From assembly GCA_037481775.1 (NCBI GenBank), contig JBBFKZ010000025.1, positions 1 through 20,933 on the forward strand: a stretch of DNA of 20,933 bases, given 5' to 3'. Of the stretch, positions 16,609-20,933 are shown in pieces. Position numbers and translations under genes: made by a program. The notes beneath the pieces were generated by a model. The model was not told where the DNA came from and did no database searches. It worked only from the letters and a program-made list of their open reading frames with translations. Position 1 is the first letter of the stretch; every line of letters starts with the position of its first letter. This stretch comes from Candidatus Bathyarchaeia archaeon. Its GTDB lineage: Archaea; Thermoproteota; Bathyarchaeia; Bathyarchaeales; Bathycorpusculaceae.

Positions 16609-17615
16609 TTAACCACGGTGAGTTGGTGGAGTAGATAGACATTTCTTCTTCACAAGTAGTGCGATCGCTGATAGGATGATGGCTGCCGCGCCTATTGTAG
16701 CGCAAGCAGTTTCTAATGACGAGGGTGCTGACTGGGACGATAAGGTCAGTTGCTCCGAGGCGATTGCGTCGGGGTTGCGCCGCTTTGAGAAGAATTCGGA
16801 GCACGCGTGTAGGGCGCAGCTACGCTAAATCTGATAATACCAGAGTCAGCATAGTTTCCAGCAGTGTCATTAGCATAGACAATTAGGCAATGACGACCAT
16901 TAGCTAGACCGGATAGGTTGCGTTACCAGAAATGGCTGTGTTTGTTTGATTATCTAAACTGTAAGCAACACCAACTGCTGATTCGTCAGTCAGAAAAAGG
17001 AGAGGGACATCTCTTGATTCATACGTTTTATTTTGAGGCGATAGAACCGAAAGACCTGCAGTGTTGCGTACCGTAAAGCAAACTAAAGCGTTGCGCGAGG
17101 GCGGCGGTGAAAAAGGATAAAAAATTGAAGGGTATCATAGGCCAAGATTTCATCAGGTTTAACACTGAGGCTTATGAAGTGCTGCCCCCCCAGATAATCC
17201 TGACACATCCCCACCGTATATGCAAAATGCTTTGACCCAGTATCCTCCATTCGGAAGATCCGCAAACTCTTGATGACGGACTGAGGTAAGCGGAACATCC
17301 TTACATTCACAATCGTCCAAGCTGTAGATGCAACTTACTTCTTGATATGGTATTTCACCCGAGTCAAGGGCTGGTGCATGAGTATAGAATGCCATACTGA
17401 TATTCAATGAAACAAAGGACCACGCATAAAATCCATCATGAACTGGCGATTTAATATGGATTGATGCAGTGATACTCTCGAAAGAAAATTTAGGAACAAA
17501 ATCAGCGAATCCAACTGGACAAGACTTAGGCAGTGCTGAGACCAAACAATACCACAATGATGATTTCTGGAAATACTGCGCTAGGATTCACGCTAGACCC
17601 CAGAACATGGTGCAC
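16609..17615 (-). pseudogene. Multiply frameshifted surface protein: signal peptide, two Ig-like modules, S/P/T linker, TM anchor
   Basis: Reconstructed segments: IIIVVL/LVSALPKSCPVGFA; IHIKSP...CIYSLDD...SGLSGG/QHFISLSV; LSVLSPQNKTYESRDVPL...AYSLDNQTNTAISGNAT/LSGLANGRHCLIVYANDTAGNYADSGIIRFSV; TIGAAAIILSAIALLVKKK...*. The start position is uncertain. Confidence 0.8.
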
Positions 17616-17921
17616 AAAGTGGCGTATCACTCTCCCTGAAGAACAAAGTGTTCCTTCAAAAGAACGATCACTCGTTTTGTTTGAGCTTTGTGGATTATCG
17701 GTACTCGGAGGACCACGCAGTCTCTAAAAGCATAAAAAACGCTTGCGACGCTGCAAAAATGGGGACTGAATTAAACCATTCAATTGGTCGGTGTGTTTCT
17801 GTTGAGCAAACTATTCAAGAAGCAGTTTAGGTAGCAGAATCTGAAAAAAAGCACGAAGCAATTAATAACTACTCTGACCACGAACGACACTCATTATTAG
17901 TCGCCCACAACTTGCTGAAGG

Positions 17922-18359
17922 CTATGTGATGCTGACGTTTTGTATGTCGAAGTACCGCTTTACTAAAAAGCGCAACCGTTCTGCGTTCTTGCCGTTTTTG
18001 CCGATAGCCACGCCCTTGTCTTTCGGGTTAACGGTTACAACAGCCATTTTTTTGCCGTCCATCCTCTCGGTTATGCGCACTTCCTTGACTGCTGCCGGCT
18101 TCAAAGCGTTCTTAATGAACTGCACAGCATCATCAGAATACTCGATTATCTCATGCTTTTTCCCAGTCATCCGTTCCAGCGTGTGAATGTTCCTTCCACC
18201 TTTGCCTATGGCAACGCCAACTTGACCTGGATTCACGATGAATATGGCGCGACCCTGCTCTTCATCAATTATGCAGTCCTTGACGGCAGCGCCACTTACG
18301 CTTTCAAACAACGCGATATAGCGCATCTCGTCTCCGGTGAATTTAATGCCGCTCGTCAT
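17922..18359 (-). CDS. nusA: Archaeal NusA (KH-only transcription factor)
   Basis: YIALFE, KDC, two KH motifs AIGKGG and AIGKNG, IEYS. TAATG coupling to rpl30e. Confidence 0.97.
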   Translation of the reverse strand: MTSGIKFTGDEMRYIALFESVSGAAVKDCIIDEEQGRAIFIVNPGQVGVAIGKGGRNIHTLERMTGKKHEIIEYSDDAVQFIKNALKPAAVKEVRITERMDGKKMAVVTVNPKDKGVAIGKNGKNAERLRFLVKRYFDIQNVSIT

Positions 18360-18691
18360 TAACTTCCTCCACTGTACTCTTGCATTTCATTGCTTTCAAT
18401 AACTTTAAGAATCTCTGAGTCGCCTGCTTCTCTTATACTTAGCGCCGAGATGATAAACGGTTTATTACAGACTTTCGCCAGATCCATTGCAGTACCTCGA
18501 TATGCCATGACTGGAACCTTGGAGATTTTAGCATAGTATTCAACTTGCTCTTTTATGTTTTTTGGACAATTAGAAGCCAAAATTATCATCTTAGCCTTCC
18601 CAGTCTTAGCGTTCTGCAAAGCCATATTGGCGCCGAAAGATACCTTCCCAGTTTTCGCTGCTAGCGATATCGCTTTATCTACATCTATCAT
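18359..18691 (-). CDS. rpl30e: 50S ribosomal protein L30e
   Basis: KTGKVSFG, IILASNCP, CNKPF, GDSEIL; sits between rpoA and nusA. Confidence 0.97.
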   Translation of the reverse strand: MIDVDKAISLAAKTGKVSFGANMALQNAKTGKAKMIILASNCPKNIKEQVEYYAKISKVPVMAYRGTAMDLAKVCNKPFIISALSIREAGDSEILKVIESNEMQEYSGGS

Positions 18692-20933
18692 GCTTCTGTC
18701 TTACCTCCTTCCTTTTCTTGCTTTTCAAACGTAGTCATATAAAGCTCGACCAAACCAGTGCCAATCGGGATTGATTGACCAACAATCACGTTTTCAGTTA
18801 CCCCCTCCAGCGGATCAGATTCTCCTTTTATGGCTGCCTCCACGATGTTCGGAACAGTAATTTCAAAAGCAGCCCTAGCCAGAACGCTGGCTTTCTTGCC
18901 GCTGATGCCGTGCCTGCCGATCTGCTGCACCTCACCCGTCGCAGTCATCATGTCTGCAACAAGCATGACGTGCCGCACATCTACGTCTAAACCTTGTTCT
19001 TCCAGCACGTTTGCAGCTTCTTTGATTAAGGCGTTTCTTGCAGCTTCGATTCCGAGAGTTTTAGCTATCTCATGGATGTTGTTGGTTGTTGTCCGAGAAG
19101 TATCCACACCACTGATTTCTAAGACTTTCGCCAAGTTTGAGCCGTCTGTGCGTATGACCCATTCGCCGTGTTCTTCAGTTACCAAAACACGCTTTATTTC
19201 GGGCACACCCTTGATGTGCAAGGCGGGAATCTTGCTTAGCATCTTTTTAAGGACGTCAACCTTCTTGGGTTTAATGTGGATAGCGTCTTCCTCCACCTTC
19301 ACGGTGGCATTCTGCAGTTGCAGTTTTTCTTCAAGTTCTGCCATAGTTATCCCTCTGTCTTCCATCATAGTCTTGTTTAACTCAACCACTATCTCCTCGT
19401 TAACCGCATCCTCGTAAATAGCAGAAGCAATGTTTTCTAAACTTGTATAGATAATCTTACGTGCAATTTCAACTGCGCCTTCTCTACTCTTGCGGTACTC
19501 TGGTGTCAAGTATATCGTCATAATCGGTGTTGAAGGAATGCGTCTAGCATCAACTATCTCGATCAGCCTCGGCAAGCCTAAGGTTACGTTTTGCTCCTTG
19601 ACACCTGCATAGTGGAATGTTCTAAGAGTCATCTGCGTGCCAGGTTCACCTATTGACTGAGCAGCAACTATGCCCACTGCTTCACCTGGCTCCATCAAAG
19701 CCCGCTTGTATTGTTCAGCTGTCAACTTGACGGCTTTTTCTACGCCCTTCTCGCTGAGCTTAGCTTTAGCCAAATTCTGCCTAAGCTGTTCTACAAGCAT
19801 CGGTGTAAGCTGCTCTTTAACTTCTTCCAGCTGTTTTTCAATGTACTCCTCTGACGCGGGTGAACCTTCTTCTTCTGCAATTTTTATCTGATCAATAAGG
19901 CGGCTAACGTTCACTGCCTTGCCATGGTCGCTTTTAGCGGGATCTACGCCGTCCTCCCCATATCTGAATTGGATTATGTCGCCTGCAGAGTTTCGCACGG
20001 TGCCGTCGTATTCTAGGCGAATGTGCTCCAACGCGTTGATAAGTCTACGCTGCATGTAACCACTCTGCTGTGTTCTGACTGCAGTGTCTACCAAGCCTTC
20101 TCGGCCTCCCATCGCGTGGAAGAAGAATTCAATAGCATCCAACCCATTTTGATAAGAGGAGTACACGAAGCCTCTTGCTCTTGGGCTAGGATCACCTTCT
20201 ACAAAGTGTGGTAAAGCTCTTCCAACATATCCTCTGAGTATTCTTTTGCCGCGTACTGACTGCTGCCCGACACAGGCAGTCATTTGGCCAATGTTAAGGC
20301 TTGAGCCACGTGCTCCTGTTCGAGTCATCACTATTCCTGCATTTTCAATTGTAAAGTCTTCATCTGCAATTTTGCCTGCCTCGTCTCTGGCTCGGGCTAG
20401 CTCATGCATAACATAGATTTCAAAGGACTCTTCAAGTGTTTGACCCGGCAATCTGGGTAAGGTGCCGTCGCGGTAGTTTCTAATGTGCTCATCAATTTTC
20501 TTTTGGATTTTTTCCATTGTCTTATTGATTTTGCTTACAGCCCTAGGCGAGAGAACAAGCTGATCATATGAGTAGGTAAAACCGCGCATGGTTATGAAAA
20601 GCTTCAGCATTCGCGTTATTTTATTCAAGAATTCGCGTCCAGCTTGAGTCCCGTAATCTTTGATTATTCTATGCAGCAAGCTCTCAGACTGCTCGGCGCC
20701 AATAGCGCGTCTGTCAATAATTCCTGAAACAAGCTCGCCGTTTTTAACAACCACGTAAGCATCGTACTTGCAGTTTTCTTCTTCACATTTAACGCAGCCT
20801 TGGCAAATGTTTGCCTTCAAAACATAGTTTAAGGTCTTCGGCAAAAAGAGGCTAAAGATTTGTTTGCCAGACCACAAAGGCTGTGGTTCCTTAACCTTAG
20901 GTTCCGGCAATGGCCCAGTGTATCCCGTTGCCG
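18688..20933 (-). CDS. rpoA1: DNA-directed RNA polymerase subunit A, unsplit A'+A'' (3' part; truncated by window edge)
   Basis: GARGS, GGREGLVDTAVRT..SGYMQRRL (bridge helix), YGEDG, continuing in frame into AAQSIGEPGTQMTLRTFH (trigger loop), GLPRL, RAAFE and ENVIVG. The frame is open to the edge. Confidence 0.97.
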   Translation of the reverse strand, partial: ATGYTGPLPEPKVKEPQPLWSGKQIFSLFLPKTLNYVLKANICQGCVKCEEENCKYDAYVVVKNGELVSGIIDRRAIGAEQSESLLHRIIKDYGTQAGREFLNKITRMLKLFITMRGFTYSYDQLVLSPRAVSKINKTMEKIQKKIDEHIRNYRDGTLPRLPGQTLEESFEIYVMHELARARDEAGKIADEDFTIENAGIVMTRTGARGSSLNIGQMTACVGQQSVRGKRILRGYVGRALPHFVEGDPSPRARGFVYSSYQNGLDAIEFFFHAMGGREGLVDTAVRTQQSGYMQRRLINALEHIRLEYDGTVRNSAGDIIQFRYGEDGVDPAKSDHGKAVNVSRLIDQIKIAEEEGSPASEEYIEKQLEEVKEQLTPMLVEQLRQNLAKAKLSEKGVEKAVKLTAEQYKRALMEPGEAVGIVAAQSIGEPGTQMTLRTFHYAGVKEQNVTLGLPRLIEIVDARRIPSTPIMTIYLTPEYRKSREGAVEIARKIIYTSLENIASAIYEDAVNEEIVVELNKTMMEDRGITMAELEEKLQLQNATVKVEEDAIHIKPKKVDVLKKMLSKIPALHIKGVPEIKRVLVTEEHGEWVIRTDGSNLAKVLEISGVDTSRTTTNNIHEIAKTLGIEAARNALIKEAANVLEEQGLDVDVRHVMLVADMMTATGEVQQIGRHGISGKKASVLARAAFEITVPNIVEAAIKGESDPLEGVTENVIVGQSIPIGTGLVELYMTTFEKQEKEGGKTEA

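Noticed and set aside
16529-16804. 91-aa ORF, and the + strand ORFs 17533-17727 and 17648-17830, as real genes
   Set aside because: They are off-frame or antisense to the pseudogene or short and featureless; the TM-anchor frame is a different one.
1-17615. SRP RNA, surface proteins and SPP-like protease as one secretion system
   Set aside because: They are scattered over 17 kb among unrelated housekeeping genes with no operon link, so co-location alone is not evidence.
16273-17921. Mobile element, defence island or diversity-generating element in the ORF-poor region
   Set aside because: No transposase, integrase, reverse transcriptase, terminal repeats or TR/VR pair seen; pseudogene fragments explain most of the region.

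Overview
Archaeal chromosomal window, most likely Bathyarchaeia/TACK (inferred from an unsplit RpoA, L30e, archaeal TATA/SD signals and a 'YSLD...GNxT...VYANDTAGN' surface module). It is mostly housekeeping. Left to right: the 5' end of a probable SRP (7S) RNA running off the left edge (-); a 492-aa membrane-anchored surface glycoprotein (+); a complete, largely translationally coupled trpEGDCFBA operon (-); cutA; a wHTH-DUF5752-like protein; trmO/tsaA divergent from tRNA-Lys(CUU); a divergent Ino1 homolog; PGI/PMI; a SPOUT methyltransferase; a GxGD presenilin/SPP protease; a solitary rpl12; an Isf-AfpA flavoprotein pair; about 1.3 kb holding two frameshifted secreted-protein pseudogenes that the ORF track does not resolve; and nusA-rpl30e-rpoA (partial). 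I found no mobile element, CRISPR array or defence system, and no clearly new multi-gene system. The best leads are cis-regulatory (TRP-box-like operator and Trp-codon uORF before trpE; a long hairpin in the rpl12 leader) and enzymes with altered motifs (Ino1, GxGD protease).
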